Source: an uncultured Acidobacteriota bacterium (GTDB lineage: Bacteria; Acidobacteriota; Thermoanaerobaculia; Multivoradales; SZUA-115). Taken from it: a stretch of DNA of 64,000 nt. This document shows positions 49,769-58,833 of this stretch, one piece after another (position 1 is the first letter of the stretch; the number at the start of each line of letters is the position of its first letter). Under the pieces are notes generated by a model. It searched no databases. It saw only the letters and a program-made list of their open reading frames with translations, and was not told the origin of the DNA. The stretch covers positions 352,001 to 416,000 of the forward strand of contig CAWDVR010000005.1 in assembly GCA_963805975.1 (NCBI GenBank). The letters are read 5' to 3'. Position numbers and translations under genes: made by a program.

Positions 49769-49774
49769 AGCTCT

Positions 49775-51355
49775 CTAGGGAGGAGGCTGAGCTGCGGAGC
49801 TCAGCCTACCGCTGAGCTCCGCCAGGCGCCGGAGCCGCGCGGAAAGGCCCTCCCGGATCTCCTCCTCCCGCACCCGCCAAGACCAGTTGCCGCTCTCGCT
49901 GCCAGGCCGGTTCATTCGCGCCTCGCCGCCCAGCCCGAGCACGTCCTGGAGGGGCACCACCGCGCCCTCCGCCACCGAGGTGTAGGCGGCGCGGATCAGG
50001 GCCCACTCGACGCCACCGCCTTCGAACCCCAGGTAGTCGCGAACGCGCCATCGCTCCTCGTCGCCCAGGGTCGAGAACCAGCCGCGCGCCGTGTCGTTGT
50101 CGTGGGTGCCGGTGTAGGTCACGGCGTGCGGCAGGTGATGGTGCGGCAGGTGCTTGCTGTCCGGCTCGGAAAAAGCGAACTGGAGAACCTTCATGCGCGG
50201 CAGGCCGCTCGCGTCGAGCAGCGCCTCGACCTCGGGCGTGATGACCCCCAGATCCTCGGCGACCAGCCTCGCTTCGCCCAGCTCCTTTGTGATCGCCTCG
50301 AAGAGCGCGAGCCCCGGACCAGGCTCCCACTTCCCATCGATCGCCGTCGCGGCACCGGCCGGCACGCGCCAGTAGGACTCGAAGCCACGGAAGTGGTCGA
50401 GCCGCACGCGGTCGGCGAACCGGAAGCTCGAGCGCAGCCGGTCGATCCACCAGCGGAAGCCCTCTTCGCGGTGCCGGTCCCAGCGGTAGACGGGAGTTCC
50501 CCAGAGCTGGCCGTCGCTGCTGAAAGCGTCCGGCGGCACGCCCGAGAGCGCGAGCGGCCGGCCGTCGCCGTCGAGATCGAAGAGATCCTGCCGCGACCAC
50601 ACGTCGGCACTGTCGAGCGGCACGTAGATCGGCAGGTCGCCCATGATCTCGATGTCGAGGGCCCGGGCCTTGTCCCGGAGCTCCTGCCACTGGCGGAAGA
50701 AAAGGAACTGGACGTAGCGGTGGAAAGCGATCTCGTCCTCGAGCTCGCGGCGCGCCGTGGCCAGCGCCGCCTGCTCCCGCCGCGCCAGGCCGGCGTCCCA
50801 GTCCGGCCACGGCCGTCCCTCGAACCGCGCCCGGAGCGCCACGAACAGGCACCAGTCGTCGAGCCAGGCGGCGTTGGCGGCGACGCTGCCGAAAAGCTCG
50901 AAGGCCTCGGCGAGGCCGGCGGGGGGCGCGCTCCGGAAGCGCTCGAAGGAGGCGCGCAGGAGCCCCGCCTTGGCGGCACCGACCGCCGGGAAGTCCACCT
51001 TGGGGCCCGCGTTCCTCGGCAGCCGCTCGAGATCCGCCTCTTCTACCAGGCCCTCCCGAACCATCACCTCGGGCGAGATCAGCAGGGGATTGCCGGCGAA
51101 GGAAGAGAGGGCGCTGTAAGGGGAATCGCCGTAGCCCGTGGGGTTGAGCGGCAGCACCTGCCAGAGCCGTTGACCGCCGCTCGCCGCCCAGTCGAGAAAG
51201 GCACCCGCAGCCGGCCCGAGATCACCGATGCCATAGGGGCCGGGAAGCGAGGTCGGATGGAGCAGGATGCCGGCGCGGCGCGGGTTCGGCGCCGAAGCGC
51301 CGGCCGAGCCGTCAGCCGGCGGTTCGGTCTTCGAGGCAGGGGTCTCGGTCTCCAC
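49775..51355 (-). CDS. malQ: 4-alpha-glucanotransferase (amylomaltase, GH77)
   Basis: GILLHPTSLPG, WQVLPL, RLDHFRGF, AEDLG, YTGTHDNDT. Confidence 0.95.
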   Translation of the reverse strand: METETPASKTEPPADGSAGASAPNPRRAGILLHPTSLPGPYGIGDLGPAAGAFLDWAASGGQRLWQVLPLNPTGYGDSPYSALSSFAGNPLLISPEVMVREGLVEEADLERLPRNAGPKVDFPAVGAAKAGLLRASFERFRSAPPAGLAEAFELFGSVAANAAWLDDWCLFVALRARFEGRPWPDWDAGLARREQAALATARRELEDEIAFHRYVQFLFFRQWQELRDKARALDIEIMGDLPIYVPLDSADVWSRQDLFDLDGDGRPLALSGVPPDAFSSDGQLWGTPVYRWDRHREEGFRWWIDRLRSSFRFADRVRLDHFRGFESYWRVPAGAATAIDGKWEPGPGLALFEAITKELGEARLVAEDLGVITPEVEALLDASGLPRMKVLQFAFSEPDSKHLPHHHLPHAVTYTGTHDNDTARGWFSTLGDEERWRVRDYLGFEGGGVEWALIRAAYTSVAEGAVVPLQDVLGLGGEARMNRPGSESGNWSWRVREEEIREGLSARLRRLAELSGRLSSAAQPPP

Positions 51356-51388
51356 GTCGGCCGCGAGACTACCCCACGTCGAGCTGCC

Positions 51389-52108
51389 TCACTCCACCGC
51401 GCTCACCAGGGCCACCAGCGCCTCGTCTCCGCCGTTGAGCTTCGAGGTGCCCACCACCAGCGTCTCACCGATCTTGATTCCGAAGGCGGTCTGGATCACG
51501 ACGCCGGTCGTGGCGACCCGGAACATCGCCACCGAGAGCTGGTCACCGGCGTGGCCGCGCATCCGGAGCTCGACCTCGACGGGTGAGCCGGCCACGCCAC
51601 CCAAGAGCATCTTGCCTTGCTCGGTAGTGCGCAGCAGCCCGGCGTCGAGCATGCGGTAGCGGGTGAAGGGAAGGAAGCCTCTCACGTCCTCGACCGCCTT
51701 GCGGCAGTTGGCAGGCAGGTCCGCCGGGAGACCACCGGCCTGCCGGTCCGCGAGCAGGAGCACCACTTGGAAGGCGTGCGTGGCGGGGACGCCGTCCTTC
51801 TCGGCCAGCACGCCAGCGATCCTGGCGTGGGTAGCGCCGTCGGCGAATACCACCACGGTGAGAACCCCGTCACGGAACCCGGTACCGCGAACCCGACAGA
51901 GGCTGTCGGCCGGCTTGGGGCATTGCTCCCAGATCAGAACCTCGGCCTCGTGCTGGGACAGGGCACGCAGCATGTACTCGTGATCGTAGACCGCATCCCT
52001 GGGGCTCTCGGCGGCATGGAGCTGCGTGCCGAGCGATAGAGCCATGACCAGGGCGGGAGCCCAAGGAAGAGAAGAGGAGAATCGTCGTAGCCACCGGCAT
52101 GCGCTCAT
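51389..52108 (-). CDS. Secreted hypothetical protein encoded with an ECF/anti-sigma pair
   Basis: Signal peptide ending LHA; start overlaps the upstream stop; GC3-biased frame. Confidence 0.65.
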   Translation of the reverse strand: MSACRWLRRFSSSLPWAPALVMALSLGTQLHAAESPRDAVYDHEYMLRALSQHEAEVLIWEQCPKPADSLCRVRGTGFRDGVLTVVVFADGATHARIAGVLAEKDGVPATHAFQVVLLLADRQAGGLPADLPANCRKAVEDVRGFLPFTRYRMLDAGLLRTTEQGKMLLGGVAGSPVEVELRMRGHAGDQLSVAMFRVATTGVVIQTAFGIKIGETLVVGTSKLNGGDEALVALVSAVE

Positions 52109-52641
52109 CGGCTTTGAACCTCGCTGTGGTCGAGAGAGAAATGGGGATCGAGGACCCACACCACGCGGGTCCCACCGGGGGTTTGGAAGTCGATCTGCCG
52201 TGCCGAGCGGAGGGTCTCCGCCGGCGGAGGCTCGACGGCGCTCCGCCGGCTCCGGGCCCGCGGCGGCTGCGTGCCCGGAGCCACGCTCGCGGGCTCGGCC
52301 GCCGCGACCACCTGGGCCTGCGGTGCCGCCACGCTCGCGGGCCCGGGGGCCTCGGCCGAAGGGGCCGGCCTCTCGGCGTTCCTCTGCGGAGCCGGCTCGA
52401 CTCTGCCCTGCCAGCCGGCGAGCACCCAGGCGAGGGCCAAGGCAGCCGCGGTGGCGGTGGCGAGCACCGGCCGCCAGGCGAGGCGGGGCTTTCGTTCTGC
52501 CGTCTCGAGCTCGGCCAGGAGAGATCGCCGCATCCGCGTTGCGTGGACGGGAGACAGCTCCTCGTGTTCGGCGGCCGGGTCTCCCCGCCGGAGCAGCCGG
52601 GTGAGCTCGGCCTCGGGTTTGGGGTGTGAATTCGAGCTCAT
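52105..52641 (-). CDS. Putative single-pass anti-sigma factor
   Basis: Follows the ECF sigma; short cytoplasmic domain, one TM helix, Pro/Ala linker, C-terminal RQIDFQTPGGTRVVWVLD. Confidence 0.65.
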   Translation of the reverse strand: MSSNSHPKPEAELTRLLRRGDPAAEHEELSPVHATRMRRSLLAELETAERKPRLAWRPVLATATAAALALAWVLAGWQGRVEPAPQRNAERPAPSAEAPGPASVAAPQAQVVAAAEPASVAPGTQPPRARSRRSAVEPPPAETLRSARQIDFQTPGGTRVVWVLDPHFSLDHSEVQSR

Positions 52642-53216
52642 CGTTCCACCTCCTCAGTGCGAGCACCGGGCGCCTTCAGCAGGGGCTGTAGGAGCTGAGC
52701 CAGTTGCTTGCGGCCGGCGGCCAGATGCCAGCGGACGGTGACCTGGGCCAGGCTCAGGAGGCGCGCGACCTCGGCGGTCGGCAGCTCCTCGAGCTCGGCC
52801 AGCACCACTACGGCCCGTCGACGCGGGGGCAGCCGCGCCAGGGCGCCGGCCACGGCTGCCCTGGCCACCGCGGCGCCCGCCGGATCGCTCGGAGCGGGCA
52901 GGGCCGCGAGAGCCGGTTGCGCCTCCTGCCGCACGGCGCGGCGCCGGTAGCCGTCGCGGCAGAGGTTGACCAGCACGCGGACCAGCCAGGCCTCGCCGCC
53001 GCTCTCGTGGCAGGGAACCGACGCCGGTTTGCGAGCCGCTCGCAGGAAGGTCTCCTGCACCAGGTCGCGTGCCTCTTCGACGTCTGAGGAGAGCCGCAGT
53101 GCCAGGCGGAACAGGCGTTGGTGCTGGGCGTCGAAGAGCCGCCCGAGTCGCTCACCCGCTTCGTCGGTCTCGTTCGATCGCAGTGCCAGCTCCCCCAGCG
53201 TCGCTGTCCGTTCCAC
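52638..53216 (-). CDS. ECF RNA polymerase sigma factor
   Basis: EARDLVQETFLRA..AWLVRVLVNLCRD; LPPRRRAVVVL..EVARLL..TVRWHL. Confidence 0.9.
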   Translation of the reverse strand: MERTATLGELALRSNETDEAGERLGRLFDAQHQRLFRLALRLSSDVEEARDLVQETFLRAARKPASVPCHESGGEAWLVRVLVNLCRDGYRRRAVRQEAQPALAALPAPSDPAGAAVARAAVAGALARLPPRRRAVVVLAELEELPTAEVARLLSLAQVTVRWHLAAGRKQLAQLLQPLLKAPGARTEEVER

Positions 53217-53225
53217 GTCCTCTAA

Positions 53226-53250
53226 GACGCGCCAGGACGGCGAAACGTTG
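53226..53250 (-). promoter_or_regulatory. Putative autoregulatory ECF promoter
   Basis: Minus strand CAAC-17 nt-CGTC just upstream of the GTG start, matching the generic AAC..CGT ECF consensus. Confidence 0.5.
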
Positions 53251-53269
53251 GGGGCGAGGTGGGCGCCGT

Positions 53270-54487
53270 CTAGCCGGCGTAGAGCTGCAGCTCTTCGGCC
53301 ACCGTGTCCGCCATCTCGATGCAGGTGGGCAGGTGCGGGTGGCGGAGGATGACGTGGCCGTCGGAGAGCAGGGTCTGGATCCAGTTGCGGCGTTGGGCGC
53401 CGATCGGCAGCAGGTCGACCGAGACGATGGCGTCGCCGAAGCGGCCGAGCAGGCGCTCGAGGCCCTCGACCCGCTGGATGCGGCCCTGGCCCTGGGCGCG
53501 CTTGAAGATCACGGCGCTGTTGTAGTGGCGTGCCACCTTCTGGCTGAAACGCCGGTGGCAGACGGCCTCGGCCCAGCCGGTGAAGACGTCGATGTCGCAG
53601 CCGTAGTTCATCAGCTCGGTCGAGCGCGCGCCGGGCGGGCGGGCGCCGATCTCGCCGAACACCGCTTCGCCGTCCGGCTTCAGGAACCACTCCATGTGGG
53701 TGAACCCGTTGGCAAAACCCAGCGCCCGGAGCACCGCCTGGCCCATCTCGCGGCCCGGGGCGAGATCCGCGCGGAACACGTCGCGTAGCGTCACCGTCAT
53801 CGGACTGATCCACTCCACCGTGCGCTGGAGGAGCGGCCGCGGCCGGTACCAGGCGATGTTGAAGTAGCGGATCTCGCCGTCCACGCAGATGGTGTCGAAG
53901 GTGTGCTCCTCACCCTCGATGTACTCCTCGACGCTCACCTCTTCGACGTGCTTCACCAGGGCGAGGACGCGCTCGAGCTCCCTGGCGTCGCCCACGCGGT
54001 GGGTGTCCTTCGAGCCCGCGCCGGCGATCGGCTTGACGATCAGCGGATAGCCGATGCGCTCGGCCGCGGCGCGCACCTCGCGGGCGGAGGCGGCGCGGGC
54101 GTGGCGCGGGGTGCGGATGCCGGCCGCGTCCAGCATCTCCTTCATACGGCCCTTGTCCCGGAAGGGCACGGTCTGTTCGACCGTCATGCCGGGCACGCCC
54201 AGCCGCTCGCGCAGGCGGGCGGCGAGCAGCATGCCGGGCTCCCACAGGCACTCCACGAGGTCGATGGAACGCGCGGCCGGGTGGCGGCGCACGGCGTCGA
54301 TCACCGCCTCCTCGTCCCACAGCGAGGGCACGTGCAGATAGGCGGCGAGGCTCTCGCGGACGCCAGCGGACAGGCCGGCGGCCGGTGTGTCCCCGACGCC
54401 GAGCACCCGGGCGCCCACCCGCGCCAGGCCGCGGGTGAAAAGCGTCATCTCCCACGGGTACGCCGGGGCGATCATCACCACGTTCAT
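53270..54487 (-). CDS. ATP-grasp ligase
   Basis: FRDKGRMK, GYPLIVKPIAGAGS, VEEYIEG, HMEWF..GEIGARPPG. Confidence 0.88.
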   Translation of the reverse strand: MNVVMIAPAYPWEMTLFTRGLARVGARVLGVGDTPAAGLSAGVRESLAAYLHVPSLWDEEAVIDAVRRHPAARSIDLVECLWEPGMLLAARLRERLGVPGMTVEQTVPFRDKGRMKEMLDAAGIRTPRHARAASAREVRAAAERIGYPLIVKPIAGAGSKDTHRVGDARELERVLALVKHVEEVSVEEYIEGEEHTFDTICVDGEIRYFNIAWYRPRPLLQRTVEWISPMTVTLRDVFRADLAPGREMGQAVLRALGFANGFTHMEWFLKPDGEAVFGEIGARPPGARSTELMNYGCDIDVFTGWAEAVCHRRFSQKVARHYNSAVIFKRAQGQGRIQRVEGLERLLGRFGDAIVSVDLLPIGAQRRNWIQTLLSDGHVILRHPHLPTCIEMADTVAEELQLYAG

Positions 54488-54495
54488 AGCGGGCC

Positions 54496-55716
54496 TCAGT
54501 TGTATTCGACGCGCACCAGCGCCACCAGCCGCATCAGCGCCTTGTACACCGCCTCGGTGCTCTCGTGGCGGACCACGGCGTAGCCGTCGCCCTCGTAGCT
54601 GTCGGACTTGGGGGCGCCCGGCTTGGGGAGCTTGGCCTCGACGACCAGGGGGCCCAGCTCTTTCTGCGCCTGGTCGAGCCCGTGCACGGCCTTGACGCGG
54701 CCGCCGCCGGTGCCGCGGAAGAAGGCGGCGCCGGAGGCCCACTTGCGCGGCGGCGGGTTGAACTCGCCGAACACCATGAGCCGCGCCCAGGCGGAGAGGA
54801 AGTCGAACTCGTGCGCCACCGAGACCAGGGTGGTGATCTGGGCTCCCGGCGGCCGGGCCGCGACCTCGGAGATGGCGAGCGAGCCGTCGCGACGCCGGAA
54901 CCACTCGAGATGCGACAGGCCGGTCTCCATCCCCAGGGCCGTCAAGCCGCGGAAGGCCGCTTCTTTCACGTCGTCGAAACGGGGGTCCTCGCGCTCTCTC
55001 GGCAGCAGCACGCACCACTGGATCCAGGGGTTGTGCATGGCCTCGAGAGGCGTCGGCAGGTAGCGCGTCGAGGAGTACCAGACCGGCTTGCCGTGGATCG
55101 ACACGGTCTCGAACGAGTACTCGTCGCCGGTCATGAACTCCTCGAGCAGCACCGGGCGGGTTGGCGAGGGCGGGTTGACCTTGAGCGCCTCTTCGAGTGC
55201 CTCCAGCGTGCCGACGCGGAAGGTGGCCTTGGCGCCAGCGCCGTCCGGCGGCTTCACCACCAGCGGCAGGCCCACCTCGCGCGCGAAGGCGCGGGCCTCG
55301 TCCGCCGTGCCCGCCAGGCGATGGCGGGCGCAGGGCAGGCCGGCGTCGCGCAGCACGGTCTTCATACGGGCCTTGTCGCGGAAGTTCTTGGCCGCCTCGA
55401 CCCCCATGCCGGGGACGCCCAGGATCTCCCGCGCCTGGGCGAGGGGCACCTGGAGCTGCTCGAGCGCGCCCATCAGCCCGTCGAGCCCGCCGATCGAGCG
55501 GCCGAGCTCACGCGCCGCCTCGGCCAGGCGCACCGGGTCGAAGGCGTTCTCCACCCGCCGGTGGCCGGCGATCGAGGCGGCGAGAGTGGGTGGGATCTTG
55601 ACCGCCGGGTCCTGGGTGATGAGGCCGACGCGGACACCGGGCAGAGAGGCCGCGGCCTGCGCGAAGCGGGCCGTGGCCGGCATCAAAAACGGGGCTACGA
55701 AGACGACGTGGGGCAC
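54496..55716 (-). CDS. ATP-grasp ligase (paralogue of the downstream gene)
   Basis: FRDKARMK, GLPLVVKPPDGAGA, LEEFMTG, HLEWF..SEVAARPPG. Confidence 0.88.
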   Translation of the reverse strand: MPHVVFVAPFLMPATARFAQAAASLPGVRVGLITQDPAVKIPPTLAASIAGHRRVENAFDPVRLAEAARELGRSIGGLDGLMGALEQLQVPLAQAREILGVPGMGVEAAKNFRDKARMKTVLRDAGLPCARHRLAGTADEARAFAREVGLPLVVKPPDGAGAKATFRVGTLEALEEALKVNPPSPTRPVLLEEFMTGDEYSFETVSIHGKPVWYSSTRYLPTPLEAMHNPWIQWCVLLPREREDPRFDDVKEAAFRGLTALGMETGLSHLEWFRRRDGSLAISEVAARPPGAQITTLVSVAHEFDFLSAWARLMVFGEFNPPPRKWASGAAFFRGTGGGRVKAVHGLDQAQKELGPLVVEAKLPKPGAPKSDSYEGDGYAVVRHESTEAVYKALMRLVALVRVEYN

Positions 55717-55760
55717 GGGCGGGAAGTATAGCCCGGCGAGCGGGCGTTGCCGGCCTTCTG

Positions 55761-57425
55761 CTAGACGCAGAGATAGGTGACGGCGCTTACCTGGGCCAGC
55801 CTCGCGGGGTTCGGAAAGAGGCCACCGGGCTGCGGGTCGTTGAGGTCGAGATCCTCTACGAGCGCCGTGGGATCGCTTCTCAGCTGCTTGACGTATGCCA
55901 ACGAACAATGGACGTGGTCGGCGACGTTCCGCTCGGGCCCAGTCCCGGTGGGCCACTTTCTCTTTCCACTGACCCTGAGCTTGAACCTCACGCCGTAGAA
56001 GTAGGTTTGCCAGGGATCATCGGCCTGCCGCCTGCACCATTCGATGGCCTTCTTGAGGACGGCTTCGAACCCCTTGAAGGCCATGTTCCCCTGATGGGTC
56101 AGCGCAGTGAGGTTCTCGCTCGTGGTCGTCCCTCCCAGCTCCGCGTTGAGGATGTGGCCCTTGACCCAGCAATAGAAGCGTGCGTTCGAGTGGTTCTGAT
56201 TCGGATCGTTGAGATCGTTGACGGTGGTGCACTCCAAGGTTCCGGGCGTGCTCGACACGCTGGTCAGAGCTCGGGCGGCGGCGGGCCCCAGGATCACGTC
56301 GACGGAGGTGCCTCCTGCTTGGGAGTCGAAGGTACCCCACTCCGGGAGCTTGAAGTACCGAGGCAGATGCGGAATGGGCGGGGTCGTCAGTTGACTCTGC
56401 ACCTGCTGATTGGTGTCCTGCAGAGATTTCAACTCGTTCTTCGGAACCTTTGTTTTCTTCTTGTTGGTGGTCCAAGGCTTGGACTTGGAGGGTCCGCCGC
56501 CACCGGGAACCTGAGGATTGGAGTACGGCGAGTCCCAGGGAAAACTGTGATGAACGGAGTGGCTGACGATGGAGGGGTAGCCGCCCGAGAATTGAGATCC
56601 CGGATAGCCCCCATAGAGGAAGTTCCCAGGAGGAACGCCCGTGAAATAGGGCATTGGCTGGCCCCCGGGGAAGACGTGTCCCTGGAACCCGCCGGGGAAG
56701 TAGTTCCCAGGACCGCCCAGGAAGTTCGGGTTTCCGACAACAGTTCTTTCTCTCGGGAAACTCCTGTTCCTGGACTTGTTCTTTGACTTCCCGCCCCCGG
56801 GCTCCCACCCGCTGTAGTTGCTGTTGTCCACGAAGTCGTCGAGATCCTTCTTCGATCGCTGCGCGACCCCCGGCCGTTGGGGCGGTGCCTGCTTCATCGC
56901 CCCGCTGCGATGAAGTATTGCGGGCAGGATGACCGCGGCCGGCTGCCGCGGTATCACCTGGGCAGCGCGCAGGCCCAGACGCTCGGCTTCGGCTTCGAGC
57001 GCCGGGTCCTGTAGCACGACCAGGCCCGCGCCCAGTGGGTTGCGCACTCGCCCGGACCGCTGCTGGAGCACGTGGGCGATCTCGTGGCCGAGGAGCTGCC
57101 GCCCGGCGCCCGTCCCCGGCACGAACTGGCCGGGGGCGAAGTGGATCTCGGAGCCCAGGGTGAAGGCCGCGGCACCCAGCGCCGAGGCGTGGGGGCCCTC
57201 GTGGATGCGCACCTCGCCGAGGCCGGCACCGAAGACCTCCTCCATGTGGCGGCGCACGCCCTCGGGAAGGGGCCGGCCTCCCCCGGCCGGCAGGCGGAGG
57301 GCCGCCGGCTCGAGCGGGACGACACCGGAAGCCCGGCCGGTGGATCGCTGGATCGGGTCCTGCGCCCGGGCCGACACCGCGGGCAGACCTCGGACGAACT
57401 TGCCCTGGATCACTCCGGAACGCAT
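55761..57425 (-). CDS. DUF4157 (eCIS-associated) domain protein with C-terminal His-Me non-specific endonuclease; putative toxin
   Basis: GRPLP..MEEVFG..VRIH..AFTLGSEIHF..LLGHEIAHVLQQ..LEAEAE; C-terminal KGHILNAELGG..ENLTAL..N..FE. Confidence 0.78.
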   Translation of the reverse strand: MRSGVIQGKFVRGLPAVSARAQDPIQRSTGRASGVVPLEPAALRLPAGGGRPLPEGVRRHMEEVFGAGLGEVRIHEGPHASALGAAAFTLGSEIHFAPGQFVPGTGAGRQLLGHEIAHVLQQRSGRVRNPLGAGLVVLQDPALEAEAERLGLRAAQVIPRQPAAVILPAILHRSGAMKQAPPQRPGVAQRSKKDLDDFVDNSNYSGWEPGGGKSKNKSRNRSFPRERTVVGNPNFLGGPGNYFPGGFQGHVFPGGQPMPYFTGVPPGNFLYGGYPGSQFSGGYPSIVSHSVHHSFPWDSPYSNPQVPGGGGPSKSKPWTTNKKKTKVPKNELKSLQDTNQQVQSQLTTPPIPHLPRYFKLPEWGTFDSQAGGTSVDVILGPAAARALTSVSSTPGTLECTTVNDLNDPNQNHSNARFYCWVKGHILNAELGGTTTSENLTALTHQGNMAFKGFEAVLKKAIEWCRRQADDPWQTYFYGVRFKLRVSGKRKWPTGTGPERNVADHVHCSLAYVKQLRSDPTALVEDLDLNDPQPGGLFPNPARLAQVSAVTYLCV

Positions 57426-57567
57426 ACGACCTCGCCCAGATGTTTTGGAAAAGCTAGCACGGCCCGGCGTCTTTTTGGGTTGGCAGAGGTCCCCACGGTA
57501 GGATCGGCCGGCCGCCGGGTGATGCGATCAGGGTTCCCGAGCCAAACCCGCGCGCTGGGAGGGTCGA

Positions 57568-58833
57568 ATGCGCAACGTCGTGACCGCCATTCTGGGTGGG
57601 GGGCAGGGAGCTCGCCTCTGGCCGCTGACCAAGAACCGGGCCAAGCCAGCGGTGCCGGTGGGCGGCAACTACCGGCTGATCGACATTCCGATCTCCAACA
57701 GCCTGCACGCCGGCATCAACCGCATTTTCGTCCTGACACAGTTCAACAGCGCGAGCCTGCACCGCCACATCGCGCAGACCTACCGCTTCGATGTCTTTTC
57801 GCGCGGCTTCGTCAACATCCTGGCTGCCGAGCAGGGGCTCGCGAACCGCGACTGGTACCAGGGCACGGCCGACGCCGTGCGCCAGAACCTGGAGCGGCTG
57901 CTGCACATGCAGCCGTCGGAGATCCTGGTGCTGTCCGGCGACCAGCTCTACCTGATGGACATGCGGGCCTTCGTCGAGTGCCATCGCCAGAAGAAGGCCG
58001 AGATGACCGTGGCGGTCAAGGCGGTGCCGCGCTCGCAGGCCAAGGGCCTGGGGATCATGCGCGTCAACTCCGCCGGCCGCATCATCGAGTTCGTGGAGAA
58101 GCCGACCGAGAAGGAAGACCTCGACCGCCTGATGACCGACGCCGCCACGCTCAAGAAGCTGGGTTTCGAGACCGAGGAGGACGCACTCCTCGCCAGCATG
58201 GGCATCTACGTCTTCAAGCCCGGGCTGCTGCCGCAGCTTCTCGACGGCAACGACGACCACGACTTCGGCAAGCAGGTGATCCCCAAGGCGATCCACGAGC
58301 GCCGCATCTACGCCTTCGGCTACAACGGATACTGGCGCGACATCGGCACCATCGGCAGCTTCCACCAGGCCAACATCGAGCTCGCCGTGCCGATGCCGCC
58401 GCTCAATCTCTACGACTCGGCCTATCCGATCTACACGCACCCCCGCTTTCTGCCGGGCGTCAAGATCAACGAGTGCAAAGTGGATCACTCGGTGATCTGC
58501 GACGGCTCGATCATCAGCGGTGCCGAGATCAGCCGCTCGATCGTCGGGGTGCGTTCCGTGATGCGCGGCGGCACGCGCATCGAGTCCAGCATCGTGATGG
58601 GAAACAACTTCTACGAGCCCGAGGACAAGGCCGGAGGCCGGGTACCTCTCGGCATCGGCCGGGACTGCATCATCAAGGACGCCATCCTGGACCGCGACGT
58701 GCGCATCGGTGATGGCGTCCGCTTGGTGAATGCGGGCAAGGTCGTGCACGCCGACGGCGATGGCTACTTCATCCGCGACGGCATCATCGTGGTGCCGGCC
58801 GGGGCCGTGGTGCCGGACGGCACGGAGGTCTAG
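57568..58833 (+). CDS. glgC: Glucose-1-phosphate adenylyltransferase
   Basis: GGGQGARLWPLT..RAKPAVP, QFNSASL, GTADAVRQ, SGDQLY, FVEKP. Confidence 0.97.
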   Translation: MRNVVTAILGGGQGARLWPLTKNRAKPAVPVGGNYRLIDIPISNSLHAGINRIFVLTQFNSASLHRHIAQTYRFDVFSRGFVNILAAEQGLANRDWYQGTADAVRQNLERLLHMQPSEILVLSGDQLYLMDMRAFVECHRQKKAEMTVAVKAVPRSQAKGLGIMRVNSAGRIIEFVEKPTEKEDLDRLMTDAATLKKLGFETEEDALLASMGIYVFKPGLLPQLLDGNDDHDFGKQVIPKAIHERRIYAFGYNGYWRDIGTIGSFHQANIELAVPMPPLNLYDSAYPIYTHPRFLPGVKINECKVDHSVICDGSIISGAEISRSIVGVRSVMRGGTRIESSIVMGNNFYEPEDKAGGRVPLGIGRDCIIKDAILDRDVRIGDGVRLVNAGKVVHADGDGYFIRDGIIVVPAGAVVPDGTEV

